A stretch of 64,000 nucleotides of DNA, from assembly GCA_951406725.2 (NCBI GenBank), contig OX597824.1:49166001-49230000 (forward strand), given 5' to 3'. Positions 51,369 to 64,000 of this stretch are shown here, piece by piece. The stretch is from Octopus vulgaris. Taxonomy: Eukaryota. Numbering within the stretch: the stretch's first letter is position 1; every line of letters starts with the position of its first letter. Both the position numbers and the translations under genes were made by a program. Under the pieces are notes generated by a model that was given only the letters and a program-made list of their open reading frames with translations, was not told the DNA's origin and searched no databases.

Positions 51369-52997
51369 GTTTGTTCATTTGTTTACCTGTTTTTTAATAA
51401 GCTAGTATGGATTACAGCTAATGTCCTTATCACTAACTGTACTTGTTTTTCATGTAAGGCACCCTTTATTTCATGCAACTTCTTCAAAGCAAGCAAATGA
51501 TTTAATGACAGGAGAACTGCTAACAACATTACTTGTAGTTCACAGCATTTGGAGAGTGTAAATGTAAACTAACTCCCAGACATCACACACACACACATAT
51601 GCACAACTGGCACTTTCAGTTTCCCTCTACAAAATTCACTTATAATGCTTGGGTTGGTCTAGAGTTATAATAGAAGACTCTTGCCTAAGATTCTCCTCTG
51701 TGGGATTGAACCTGAAACCACAAATGGATAGGAAGGTATTTATATAAAAAATGTATCTATTACTGAACCACAGCTTAAACAATTTGATATTTTTTAATTA
51801 CCATTCCTCCTTTTGAAGTAGCAATTTTATGTCTTACCCTCACTCCCAAGTTATTTCGTTTACAAAAGTCTATGAATGGCTCATGGAAAGAAAAAAGAAA
51901 GCAAGAACTGTGTAATATCATAGAGATAACAATGAAACTTTGAATTTAGCCTGTTCAGTTATCTTTACTGATATATTTCTTGAATATATTTCCTCTCCAT
52001 GTATGGATCTCCCCACACTTTCAGAACCACAGTCTTTCTGAAATATGGACCATGCATTCAGAAGTTATTACACAATGCACTCGTGCCAGTGCCACATAAA
52101 TTGCACTTGTGCTGATGCCATGTAGATGCACTTGTGATGGTGCCACATAAAAGCACCCATGGCAGTAACACATGAAAAGAACCCCAACATACTCTGTAAA
52201 GTGGTTAGCGTTAGGAAGGGTATCCAACCATAGAAACCATGCGAAAACAGACAATTGGGGCTTGGACAGCTCTCCGGCTGGTCGGTTCTTATCAAATTAT
52301 CCAACTTGGAAAATGGACATCAAATAAAAATGATGACTACATGAGCCGTGTATTCAGACTTTGTTAATAACCATTTTTGAATTGTGCTTCATTAGCAAAT
52401 TCTGACTCCATTGTTTATTGCATCTTTACACAGCCCATAAGTTTGAGTGTTGTCAGTTTGGGGATGGGTTACTGAACTGAGTTTAGATGAGTAACTCAAT
52501 TTCAGTGGCTTTACTTGGGCTCATAAAATTTGGATCGCGAATTGTCAGCGACTTACGTTGTTCTTAACGTAGAGTTACGTCCCTTTGAAATAGCTGTCGC
52601 AATTTGAAACGAGTTAATCGATGCTGTGCTATTTTACTGTTTTATTTGACATTGTATTTCTTTTGAAATCCAATATATTGCTTTTGTTTCAATTGATTTT
52701 TAAAACGATGAAAAATTTAATAAAATAGTTGTCGTAATTAATGAATATTTGGAACATAAACTTATACGAAATTTTTGCTGAAAAGTTTTCAATTTAGATC
52801 ATTTTAAAATAAGGAGATAGTATCTTAGAACCAGGTGCAGTTTCAGGTAAGTTGGTGTAGAAAGATTAATGTGTGTTTGTGATTGTGTATTTGTTGAGTG
52901 GTGAAGAGAAATAAATTTTTTCAATAGTATTATAATATTTTTCTGTTTTGCTATAGTGAATGCTTAACCACATTTTTTTAAATTTCATTTTTGTCAG

Positions 52998-53209
52998 AAT
53001 GATCTCCACCATGCTCTCCCATTGCAATATGAATTCTTTAAAAAATATTCAAGTGTTACCAGTGTTGATGCTTTTATGAATGGTCGCCAGGTTGTGAAGC
53101 GGTTTGCATTGAAACCTGGAGAATATATTGTGCTACCCTGTACATATGAAGCCAACTTGGAAGCAAGTTTTCTCATCAGATTCTTTATGGAAAAACCAAA
53201 TATTGTGGA
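52998..53209 (+). CDS. Calpain-like exon 10 (CBSW: LKPGEYIVLPCTYEANLEASFLIRFF)
   Basis: gtcAG / GTAAGT boundaries; matches LxPGxYxxVPSTF..FxLRxF. Confidence 0.93.
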
Positions 53210-54058
53210 GTAAGTTTTCTTAGCAGATGAAAGTCACAAAAATATGCCATCCCCTTTAGTATAAATAGTAATAAAGATTAGAAACAAAACTATCATATGA
53301 AGAGGTTGATGAAAGAAGTAAGGTTTTTAGACTGTGATTATCTTTATCATTTTAATGTTCACTTTTCTGTGCTTTTATTGATTCGATAGAATTCATTGAG
53401 AGATTATCTATGACCAGATGCACTTCCTGTCACCAACCCTTATTTATTTCAAAACAAGATAATATATCGCCATGACTGGACATGTTTACACAGAAGATTG
53501 GAAACAAATGAGACTGCTTGTATGACTGTGATAGTCATTTACAACTATTGTGTGATATCGAGACACACAAACATGCGTATATGCATGCACACACACACAC
53601 ACTAACGTGAATGTGTGCACACACTCATATGCATACATATATGACAAGCTTCCAGTTGTTACCATCTATCAAATCTCCTCACAAACCCAGAACCATGTGG
53701 TTGGGAAGCAAACTTCTTACTACACAGTTATGCTTGTGCCTATTATATATATATATATATATACATATGTATAGGCTTCTTTCAGTTTCTGCTTGCCAAA
53801 TCTGCTCACAAGGCTTTGTTCAGCCCAAGACTAGGGTATCATTTGAGGCAGATTGGGTAGCTAATTCTAGCAGGTCAAGCAGCTGTATATGGGCCATGCT
53901 TCTAACTTGTTAGTAATCATAATGATGATGATTAGGAGGAAGAGTTACTGACGATGACAGTGAGTTAGTGGCAATGATGATGATGATGATGCTAAGTTGA
54001 TAATTTCAAATTGAATATGAAACACTTCAATGTTCATTTAATTTTTCTATCCATCTAG

Positions 54059-54164
54059 ACCAGCAGACAACATTCCTTCCCTTGTCAGCCAACCTCCAAA
54101 AGACTTCATTGATGAAAAAGATACAGAGTGTTTCAAAGAACATTTCTATCGAATATCGGGTGAG
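54059..54164 (+). CDS. Calpain-like exon 11 (linker to PEF: ...DTECFKEHFYRISGE)
   Basis: ctAG / GTATGC boundaries, phases 2-0 fit. Confidence 0.85.
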
Positions 54165-54281
54165 GTATGCATCCTGTTTTGTTCTGTTCTAAACCTATTC
54201 AGTCATTTCATCATGTCTGGTAATGTGATTATCAATAACATCTAATTCCTCTCCAATTTGATTTAAACTTAACTATATTAA

Positions 54282-54501
54282 CCCTTTAGCATTCAGATTA
54301 TTCTGTCAAATGTAACACTTACTTATTCACATTGTTTTGAATTGATCATGCATTATCTTGTTGCTTCAAGATTTTGATGATGTGAGTGTTTATTTTTAGA
54401 CTGACATTGTAGGGTATGTGTGAGAGGCTGGATCTGGCCAGTGTGAGTATGAAACAGGTAGAATATTTAGGCCAAATATGGCCAGTTTAAATGCTAAAGT
54501 G
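54282..54501. mobile_element. piggyBac-like MITE (TTAA-CCCTTTAGCATT...AATGCTAAAG.G-TTAA)
   Basis: TTAA flanks and short TIRs; the same family recurs several times in the window. Confidence 0.7.
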
Positions 54502-55168
54502 TTAACCATTAGATATTGCACAGAGACTACATAGCAGATTCACTACAGAAAAAAAAAGAATATCACTCTGCCTGTATACTGTTAGTGACTAAAATGGTCT
54601 GCCTAAAAAACATGCCTGCACACACAATTTACATTTGTGTATATATGTATGTATATATAAACATATGAAACCATATACATGTACACATACAATATATATC
54701 ATATCATCCTTTTTGTGTCCATTTTTCCATGCTCACATGGGTCAGACAGAATTTGTGGTGGGTTTTCTATGGGTGGATATCCATCTGTCACCAAACTTCA
54801 CCCGTTTCTAAGTTAATATTTCCCCATGACTAGACATGCTTACAGAGAATATTGGAAATGAAGGACACTGCTTGCATTATGGTGATACTTGTTTACAACT
54901 ATTATGCAATGTCATGACAAGGAGACAGTAACACACACACACACACACATATATATATGACAGGTTTCTTTCAGTTTCTGACTACCAAATCCACTTATAA
55001 GGCTTTGGGCAGCTTAAGGCAATAGTAGAAGAGACTTGCTCAAGGTGCCATGCTGTGGAACTCATCACAGAACTTTGTGGTTGGAAAGCAAACTTCTTAT
55101 CATGCAGCCTTGCCTGCACCTACATATATAAATGTGTGTTTGTGTGCCACTACATGCACGTATATATA

Positions 55169-56441
55169 TCAGGTTGAGTAAAAAGTAAACAATGTTTTGA
55201 ACCATAAAGAATTGTACCAGATTTTTAGAGTTTTGAATTTTATTAAGCATTTTTATGCAATTGTTTGATAATACATAGACTTGCTCAAATGCATCAATAA
55301 ATTAACATTGATATTTTTTTCACCATTGTTACAATCATCTGAAATGGAACTGTCAAAGTGTGCTATTCAAGCAATTTTGCTATTCAACTTCAAAAAGAAC
55401 GTAAAGTAGCTGAAACTGCTTGTGATATTAATGAAATGTTTGGTGAAGAAATGACCAGTGAGTGGTCAGTTTGAAAATGGCTTAAACGATTTTGCAGTGG
55501 GGACCTGAGCCTTGAAGATCGTGAGTGTAGTGGACACCCATTTGTCATAGATGACGGTCAATTAAAGATCATCAATGAGAAAGATTCATTTACAACCACT
55601 CGAGAACTGGAAAAAGAACTTCAAGTTAGCCAGAAAACTGCCAGCAACTGTTTGCATGCCATCAGAAAATCAAAAAAGCTCAACAAATGGGTACCACATG
55701 ACTTGAATGAAAATCAGAAACTGTGCAGATATGAAATTTGCTCATTGCTTCTTCATAACCAGACTGATCCATTTCTTGATTGTATTGTAAATTGTGATGA
55801 TAAGTGGATTCTGTACAATAATTAAAAAAAACGTTCTTCATAGTGGCTGGACCAAAATGAAGCACCAAAAACCTTCCCTAAACCTGAGCTCTTGTAAAAG
55901 AAGGTTATAGTGACTGTTTGGTGGTGTACTGCTGGACTCATCCACTACAACTTCTTAAAACCTTGAAAAACTGTTACTGCAGAAACATATTGCCATGAAA
56001 TTGCCAAAATGAATGAAAAACTGCTACTCCTCTGTCCCAGATTGGTCAACAGAAGAGGGCCAATCATTCTTCATGACAATACCTGACCACACATTTCACT
56101 AATAACACTCCAGAAGTTGAGGGAACTTGGCTACAAAGTTCTTCCCCACCCAGCTTATTACCCAGACCTTTCTCCTACCGACTACCACTTTTCAACCACC
56201 TTGATGGTTTCCTGTGTGGGGAGTTACAAAATCAAACCAATGCTGAAAGTGCATTCAAAGAGTTCATCAGCTTCAGAACTCCAAATTTTTATGTTACTGG
56301 AATAAACAAACTTGTAACTCGTTGGTAAAAATGTATTGATTGTAGTGGTACTTAATTTGATGAATAACATTTTTGTATTGTTGAAATATATTGTAATGAA
56401 TTTCATGTTTCAAAACGTTGCTTACTTTTTATTCAGCCTGA
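55169..56441 (+). mobile_element. Full-length decayed mariner (Mos1/Hsmar1-like) in a calpain intron
   Basis: Imperfect TIRs TCAGGTTGAGTAAAAAGTAA../..TTACTTTTTATTCAGCCTGA, TA TSD; WVPHDL, CDDKWILY, HDN, HPAYYPDLSPTDYHF; many stops. Confidence 0.92.
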
Positions 56442-56610
56442 TACATACACAGATAGCTAGATTAAAAAGAAACCATTATAATTTAAAGCTTTTCTGTTTT
56501 TAGAAATCGCTTATCATCATCAATGTTTTTATGTTTGCTTTCTCATGCTGGTATGGATTGCATGTGTTTTAAGACACAATTATTTGATATGTTTGTTTTG
56601 ATGTTTACAG

Positions 56611-56668
56611 GATATGGAAATTGACTCCTTTGAATTACACAATATCTTGGATGAAGAATTTAAACATG
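56611..56668 (+). CDS. Calpain-like exon 12 (EF1: DMEIDSFELHNILDEEFKH)
   Basis: ttacAG / GTTAGT boundaries; DMEIxxxEL motif. Confidence 0.9.
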
Positions 56669-57204
56669 GTTAGTCAGTGTTTCATTTTGTAATTACTTTT
56701 GCTGTCTTTGTTCTTTCTGCATTTATATAGCTCATGTCTATCAAGCATATACTAGCATAAACACAAGCAATATATATTCCTCTCAAGGACCAGTGAGTAG
56801 TTTTGTTTTCATAGCAAGAAGCATACAAAAGATAAATTTTTCTTCTTGGAGAAGATGCTGATCTATAACCTCCAGATAACTTGGTACATATTTACCTGTA
56901 CCTGGGTGAACTGAGATTATGAAAAATAAAGTATGAAGCCCCAGTAACACAATGAAACACTAACAGTGTATTTGAATTCTTGTCTGATCTACTTTTTACT
57001 TAAAAGGCTGGAAAATAAAGGAAAGAAAAACATGTATAATATAAATTTTCTCTTCACTTGAGAAATTGGCACATTATTTCATAGCTAGATAATGTGTAGC
57101 TAATTGATCTTTGGTCTGGGATCAAAGATAGCATTTTAACTTTAATATTTGTATTCTTTTATTCTTTAAATATTAGTTTACTTTTTTTTTACTGTATATT
57201 TCAG

Positions 57205-57263
57205 ATATCCCTTATCACTACACTGGCTTGGATACATGCAAGAATTTTGTCTTTCTCATGGAT
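57205..57263 (+). CDS. Calpain-like exon 13 (DIPYHYTGLDTCKNFVFLMD)
   Basis: tttcAG acceptor; followed by U12 donor GTATCCTTT. Confidence 0.9.
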
Positions 57264-59231
57264 GTATCCTTTCATACAATATTTATTTGTCATTGCAAAT
57301 TGGTAGAAATGTTAGGGGGCACCAAACTAAATCATCATCATTTCATCATCTTCCTCGTCATTGTTTTAAGGTACACTTTTCCATTCTTGTATGAGAACAA
57401 CAGAAGTTGTTGAGGCAAATTTTCTACAGTTGGATATCCTTCTTGTCTCCACTCCTCACTTGTTTCCAGACAAGATAATAGTTCTCCAATTGAGGAAGAA
57501 GTTGGGCATAACAGGAATTAAATGCAGTGTGGAAGAGAGAAGATTGTGCTGGTTTGCATGTGGAGCTTATGAATGTAGACAGTTGCATACAAAAGCATCA
57601 TTTATTTAATTTGAAGAACTTGTAGAAACAGGGGACCCAGGAAGACATATAGAATAAAGTCTTGAAGGCGGATCTCAAGATACTGAGCCTTACAAAGGAG
57701 GTGACAAAGAACTGAGATATCTGGTGCACTGCTGCACTCAAGAAGACCTGTCCACCACAGCAGATTTAATACCAGTGCTGATGCCACATAAAAAGCACCC
57801 AGTACATATTGTGGAGTGGTTGGCATTAAAAAGGGCATTTTTTATCAAGATGTTTATCAAGTCTTCTGTTAACTCCTCCAGCCATGCTCTTCTATTTATC
57901 ATTAATTTGTCTGTCGTCTATGATGACCAAAGACATAATATGGGAGAAGTCAGGGCATGGTATATCTGGCTATGACCAATCAGTCCAATGTATTCTTAGA
58001 AAGCTCTTCTGTAGATTGGGCACTGATGGTCTGCTGGGACTGAAGATGAGGAGTTAGTTCTGGACTTGTGCAGGTTGCATCTTCTTTGTGCCCCTACAAT
58101 CCAGTTCTGTTCATAGAAGGTGACACCTCTGCTGGTGCAGATTTACCTGGCAGTGCAGTCTTGCACTTGCATTTCTCAGGTCAAGGGTTGATCTCAAAGC
58201 TCTTGAGTGTATCCTTGAAGTACTTTTTCTGTCCACCCTGCATGTGCTTGCTTTTCAGCAGTTCACAGTAAAACAGTCTCTTGGGAGTCATGTGTCAGGC
58301 ATTCAAACAAGGTGACCTCCCCACTTGACTTGCACTTTCCTCAGCAGTATATAAATTCTTGGTAGATCGCTTCAAATGAGGACCTCTGTGTTTGGGACCT
58401 TGTCTTGCCTGGTGATTTTCCACTGCCTTCTCAGGCAGTTCATGTTGAAGCAGTTTAGCTTTTTGGCGTAGCATTCATAGACTGCCCAAGTCTTGCAGGT
58501 ATAGGGTATGGTACACCTTCAACTTGGAGACCTAATATCTCTCCTTTCCCACACTAATTCACATAGCTGCCAGAATATTGAACTTTCCTTGGCAATATGT
58601 GTATCAACTTCATTGTTAATGTTCACAGGTCTGGAAAGTGTGCTACCAAGGAACTTATCAACAATCTTCAAGTTTCCTCTTTGACAATGATAGCTGATTC
58701 CATATTCCTCTGTGTGGTAGGTTGGTGCATGACCTCTGTCTTCCAAGTACTGATTGTTAGGCCAAAGTTGCTGCAGGCAGTAGAAAAGCATATCATGCCC
58801 TGCTGCATCAGGGCTTCTGTAGCGGCATTGAATGCGCAGTCATCTGCAAACAGGAAGTTGCTCGCCGAGTCCTTGGTCTTGGCCTGTAGCCTCTGCAGGT
58901 TGAAGAGTCTCCCATCAGCCTTGAATCTGATCTTGATGCTGGTTTCATTGTTGTTACAAGAGGCATTTGACAGCATAGCTGAGAACATCATGCCAAACAG
59001 CATAGGTGCAAGTACACAGCCCTGTTTGACTCTTAGTGACTGGGAATGCATTGGAAGTATCTCCACTGTCCAGTGCTCAAGAAAGCATGCCATCATGGAA
59101 CTGTCACACCATTCCAATAAATTTGTCTTGGCAGCTGAACTTCTCTATGATCTTCCAAAGCCCCCTTTTCTACATTAAAATACCATTCATGATCTGTTTC
59201 AAGTACCAAAATCCTTAACTTTTTTTCTCAG
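57264..59231 (+). other. U12-type (minor spliceosome) GT-AG intron of the calpain-like gene
   Basis: 5' splice site GTATCCTTT at 57264; branch site TCCTTAAC at 59212-59219, 12 nt before the intron end. Confidence 0.92.
58000..59160 (-). mobile_element. RTE/BovB-like LINE RT fragment inside the U12 intron
   Basis: VKQGCVLAPMLF, DGRLFNLQRLQAKTK, LFADDCA, FGLTISTWKTEVM. Confidence 0.85.
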
Positions 59232-59300
59232 ACAAACAATTCTGGAAAGATTGGTTTTTCAGAATTCCTTGTTTTATGGAGTTATATTCTTGCATGGCGG
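59232..59300 (+). CDS. Calpain-like exon 14 (EF2: TNNSGKIGFSEFLVLWSYILAWR)
   Basis: U12 branch TCCTTAAC + CAG acceptor; GTAAAT donor; 69 nt. Confidence 0.92.
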
Positions 59301-60434
59301 GTAAATATTCCAGCTTTTGATGCTTCTATTGTTTCCCAAATATTTCTTACATTTCTTTTTTTTCCCCCAGTTTCATTGCAATTATTCCTTGTTCATATAC
59401 TTTTATTGTGGTTCAATATGTCAAGGAAACAAGTTTGCTCTCATCCGCCCTCTCTTTTCCCCTCTGTTGTTTTGTATGTTCACTATACCTCTGTGTATTC
59501 ATGTTGCAGCCTTTTTCTTGGACATGTATCCTTATATTTACAAAGGAAGTGGATATATCTTACAGAGTAGAGGATGGTGGCTGGCTGCTTACTGGACAAT
59601 GGCATTTTATTATGTATTATCTAATGAGTACTTATTTAGGTAAACTCCTTGAATTCCTACCTGCACCGTTTTTAGACTTCAGGAGTATCTTGCAATCAGT
59701 CTGTAACAATATTGAAATGTCACAACAACAACATCAACAGTCAACTGTGTTAGAAGAGAACATGCTACCTGGCAGATCTGTATTAATGGTATTGCTGCTT
59801 GGCGGTTTCCTCCATCTTTTGATTAATTCTGAATGAGCAGATCAAAATGTAGAAATATCTCAGCAAATAAACATTTTAATCATTATTTAGCGAGAGTGGG
59901 TGCTATGATAAAACTTTAACTCTTTAAATATAAAGTTTCCATTTTAAACTTTATATGGGGTTTGTTGGGGAAAATTTGTTTTTATTGCTACATTGAGCAA
60001 ACCTATGGCATCGTTGATGCCATAATTTCCTCATGACATGGGTGGGGTATTATTTCAAGTTTTAATAACATCAATAAAGTTTCAGAAAAGTATTTTTCTT
60101 GTTGTTATCAAACCTAACAGATATTACGGTTTGAAGGTCATTCTTAAGCTGCCTCAACCAAGATTCATTTCACCATGTCAATCTAATACTCTTTGAGTTA
60201 ACCAAATACTTGGTACCAATATCTCTACATATTTATGTATTATATAAATTACATGTTTGTGAATTACATTTGCATTGATTTTTTTCCATTCTGAGATGAC
60301 CTGCAAATTCGGGTATTTTTTTAAAACAAGTGTTTGCTTGTAGCTTATTCTCAACTCCACTCCTGTGCATATTTCCAGCTAGGTTTCTCAATTAAGTAAC
60401 ACAATTCTTCATTACATTTCATTTCTATTACCAG

Positions 60435-60513
60435 AGAATTTTCCAAACATTTGATGCCAATAAAACTGGTTCTCTAAACTCTTTTGAACTCCAACGTGCA
60501 ATCACTGCTACTG
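60435..60513 (+). CDS. Calpain-like exon 15 (EF3: RIFQTFDANKTGSLNSFELQRAITAT)
   Basis: ccAG / GTAAGT boundaries; EF-hand loop. Confidence 0.92.
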
Positions 60514-60669
60514 GTAAGTTCTCATTGTTACAAACTTGTAAATTACAGGGCCTTTATATATTGTTATGAAGTTGATTTCACAACAGCTTCTTGTTTTTAT
60601 TAACCAACGCTTTTCCCTCAATTACTTCCTAGACTCATTTAATCTTATTTCACAACTTCATAAGTCTAC

Positions 60670-61200
60670 TAGTGAATGTGACCTGGATATTATAGTTAAC
60701 AGTGTTGACAAACCATGTTTCTAAAATTGTCAAGAAGGCTGAGGGTGTCTTAGCATCACTCAGTAAGCTCTTTGACAGCTGCTCTTCAGCTATCTACTTA
60801 AAACTTAATGTGGCTATGGTACATCCACACTTAGAATTTGTATCATCAGTCTGGAACTCTTATCTTACTCAAGATATGAATCTCCTGAAAATTGCTTAGA
60901 AATTCAGAAATGTGCAACCAGATGAATACCTACCTTCAGGCATCTACCATACTCTGAACATCTTGCTTCCCAAGCAACTGACTTGGAAAATATCCACAAA
61001 ATTATCCACCATCTTTCTGAAAACAACTTTCAGTGCCTTTTAGAATTCCATATGTCAAACACTTGTGGACATCCTTACAAAATCACAAAACAACACATCA
61101 CCCATAACTTTCAGAAACATTTTGCCTGTCTCGGAATCACTGAAGCATGGAATAAACTACTCATTTCAATTGTTAGGACACTGCATCCTTCAAAACTTCC
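60670..61200 (+). mobile_element. CR1/Jockey-group LINE 3' fragment
   Basis: AMVHPHLEFVSSVWNSY, TCGHPYKI..HF...ITEAWNKL resemble VRPHLEY...W.P / TRGH..KL..FF..RV...WN.LP. Confidence 0.65.
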
Positions 61201-63927
61201 ATGCTTCTTGAAATTCCCCAATAGCACACCTGATGTCCTCCCTGCCCTTCATTCACTGTTTACATTCTGTGTATTATTCTGTGTACTGTACATGCAATTT
61301 TGGCTACCATTTCTGATGAGTTGTAGTACACCTGAGCATTATATACATTAAGTCCATTATTATTATATTACATATACACCTGAGCATATTTAATTTTGAT
61401 TCACAACTTCACAGGGCTTTATTCAATGCAATGCAGCACCATGCCACTGACAATAAGTACCATATAAGTTATTTAATGCTTTCACAAGCCAAAGAGCTCC
61501 ATAGAGCCAGTATTAACTACAGTGTCCAGTCAAAAGACATACTAATTAAACTGATAGTCTAATATAGTTTCCACTCAGTTATTTCACCCCTGTTATGCTA
61601 TTTTTTAGTATCCGTTTTATTTTACATCTAGAGGAAGAATTATCTCTAGTAGAAGTCTTAACCTTTTAGCATTCATATTACTTTGTCACTTATTCACGTT
61701 GTTTTGAATTAATCATGCATTGTCTCATAGCTTCAAGATTTTGATGTATATTTTTAAATGGTATTGTAGGGTAGGTGTAAGAGGCCAGATACGAACAGCT
61801 TAAATGCTAAAGGGTTTAGAGAGGTTAGCTGAGGTGTACAAAGCATTGTTTTAATATTCCTGGTGACAATTAGATTCTGAAATAACAAATCTAGTAGCAA
61901 CTGTCTTCAGGGCCACAACTATGAGATCTAAATAGGCAGGACAGTTTCTCAGTGGAAATTTAACTGAGTTGGACTAAATAATTGATAAGGAATTAATTCA
62001 TAGATCAAAGTTGAAAGCTTGATGATGTCATGGTAACATACTGGGATAACATGGAACATTTCTCCTTGTTGTATGTTGTGGTTGTATAGTTCTAGTCCAA
62101 TGATACTTGAGCAGCTATGAATGAAGACTTTCCATCTCTGACTTTACTGTCTTTTTTCAGTGTATCTAAGTCTACATTTTTTTTTATTTAAGATTGTCAG
62201 GAAATTTTTCTGTTATTTCTTACAGGTTTAGTAATACACATTGGCTCCTTGTCAGTTCAGTTTCTAGTATGAGGGTTGCTTTGTATTTTAGGATATACTG
62301 TGGTTGAAAGTAATCAAAGAAAACCTGACAGATAAAGCAAAATTAGGTTTCAAAATGATTAGCCTCATAGAGGAGATAATACCTTATTAAGAGATGTTCA
62401 GATATACTGCATGACAAATCTAGCTAACTCATTGTAGCATGGAAATGCTACCATTAGAATATATTGATGATACAGAAACCCTTTACTTGTGTATTTACAT
62501 TGCTGGACTACAAATGCAAAATCTATGAAATATTGCATTTTAAATATTCTGCCAGGGGTATTGGACAAGCCACATTACTTGTTAACCTAACTGAAAAACA
62601 GCTATTACCATTATATTGCTGTTTTTGGTGTAGTTTATCATAAGTAATGGAAGGTATCAGTCAACTCTGGGGCGAAGATTCCCTCCAATATTCAAATTTT
62701 AAGACTTTTTCAACTCATTTTAATTTATTATTCCCATACTTCCAAGTGAAATGGTGCAGTATTCAAAAATAATAAACCTGCTTGTAACCATCTCTAATGT
62801 AGTGTTCGATGAGCAAATTAACGAAACCTTATCCCTTATACAATGTTCTTGATCACTACATTAGTGGTACTTAGATCAAACTCCCAATAATTCTGTCCAT
62901 ACATTTCTATTTCCAAGGGCAGGACATAACACTAGAGAAATGGCTGAATAGACATAGTATTAAACTACTATTAGCTCAAAGATCTTGAACTCAGATCTAC
63001 TACAGGTCTTTCATTGTATATTTACTTAGTAAATCTTATTCTGCATATCTCACTTCACCTGGCTGTCATCTATGTATGTTACTTAAGATACGTATCCTCT
63101 CTAAGAGAAGATTTATCTAGTTTATACAAGAGCTAAACAAATCACATCTACATATACTATATGGCACATTAAGTACATTAAAACATAATGTGTTAACAAA
63201 CATAGTGTTTGCTATAATTGTAAAATTTCTATTTAACCATCATCATCCATTTTCCATGCTGGCATGGAGTGGAAAGCTTGACAGGAGCTGGCCAGCTGAA
63301 GAGCTTTCCAGGGTCCATGTTTGTTTTGGTATGGTTTCTATAGCTGGATGCTCTTCCTAAGACCAACCACTTTACAGAGTGTGCTGGGTGCTTTTTACAT
63401 GCTATTGGCATGGGTCCTTTTATGTGGTACCAGCATGTAAAAGCACCAATGCTGGTGCTGTGTAAAAGCATCCAGTACATTCTGTAAAGTGATTAGCATT
63501 AGGAAGAGCATCCAGCTACAGGAACCATGCCAAAACAGACATGGGTAGTTCTTCAACTTCTGTCAAACCGTCTAACCATGCCAGCATGGAAAATGGATGT
63601 TAAATGGTGATGATGATGACAATGGTTAAATATAAATCGTACAATCATTGACTCATCACCATCATTTAATGTCTGCTTTCTATGCTGGCATGGATTGGAT
63701 GGTTTGACTGAGGACTGGCAAGCCAAAAGGCTGCACCAGGCTCCAGTCTGATAAAGTAAAATTGTGATTGTTCTGTTGATGAGGAAAGGAATTCCCTCTG
63801 CAACCATTCTATTTTCTTTGTTAAAATAGTATGGAGTAGAGGGTAGTTTGGCTGCTGCTTCTATCTTTCATCTCATATAACAATATTGCCTCATATAATA
63901 ATTCTTTATTCTTCCTTTATGTGACAG

Positions 63928-64000
63928 GTTATAAAATGAGTTCCAGCATTCATCGAATACTTTGCTTCCATTATGTAGACAAAGATTGGACAGTCAACAT
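63928..64000 (+). CDS. Calpain-like exon 16, partial (GYKMSSSIHRILCFHYVDKDWTVN; runs off window)
   Basis: gacAG acceptor, phase 1 fits; resembles GxKL..RYxDxDxxIxF of EF4. Confidence 0.85.

Noticed and set aside
59317-59836. ORFs inside a calpain intron
   Set aside because: No recognisable motif; exons 14 and 15 already join in frame.

Overview
AT-rich, repeat-dense animal genomic DNA. The repeat families suggest a coleoid cephalopod, probably Octopus (inference). Two spliced + strand genes are present. (1) The last five coding exons of a CFAP36/CCDC104-like gene (678-8064). (2) A classical calpain gene (CysPc + C2-like/CBSW + penta-EF-hand), reconstructed as 16 phase-consistent exons from 23829 to the window end. 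Its catalytic Cys is replaced by Ser (QGQLGDSW), so it is a probable pseudo-protease, and it contains a clear U12-type minor intron (57264-59231). The rest is mostly transposon-derived: several Penelope-like element (PLE) remnants with GIY-YIG/RT fragments, inverted pLTRs and hammerhead ribozyme motifs; two full-length decayed mariners; RTE, R4/Dong-like and CR1-like LINE fragments; MITEs; tRNA-derived SINEs; and microsatellites. I found no wholly new multi-gene system. The best leads are the Ser-substituted calpain, the hammerhead-bearing fold-back PLE inserts, and an in-frame TGA at a conserved Cys of a PLE endonuclease. All family assignments come from motif recognition by eye, not database searches.
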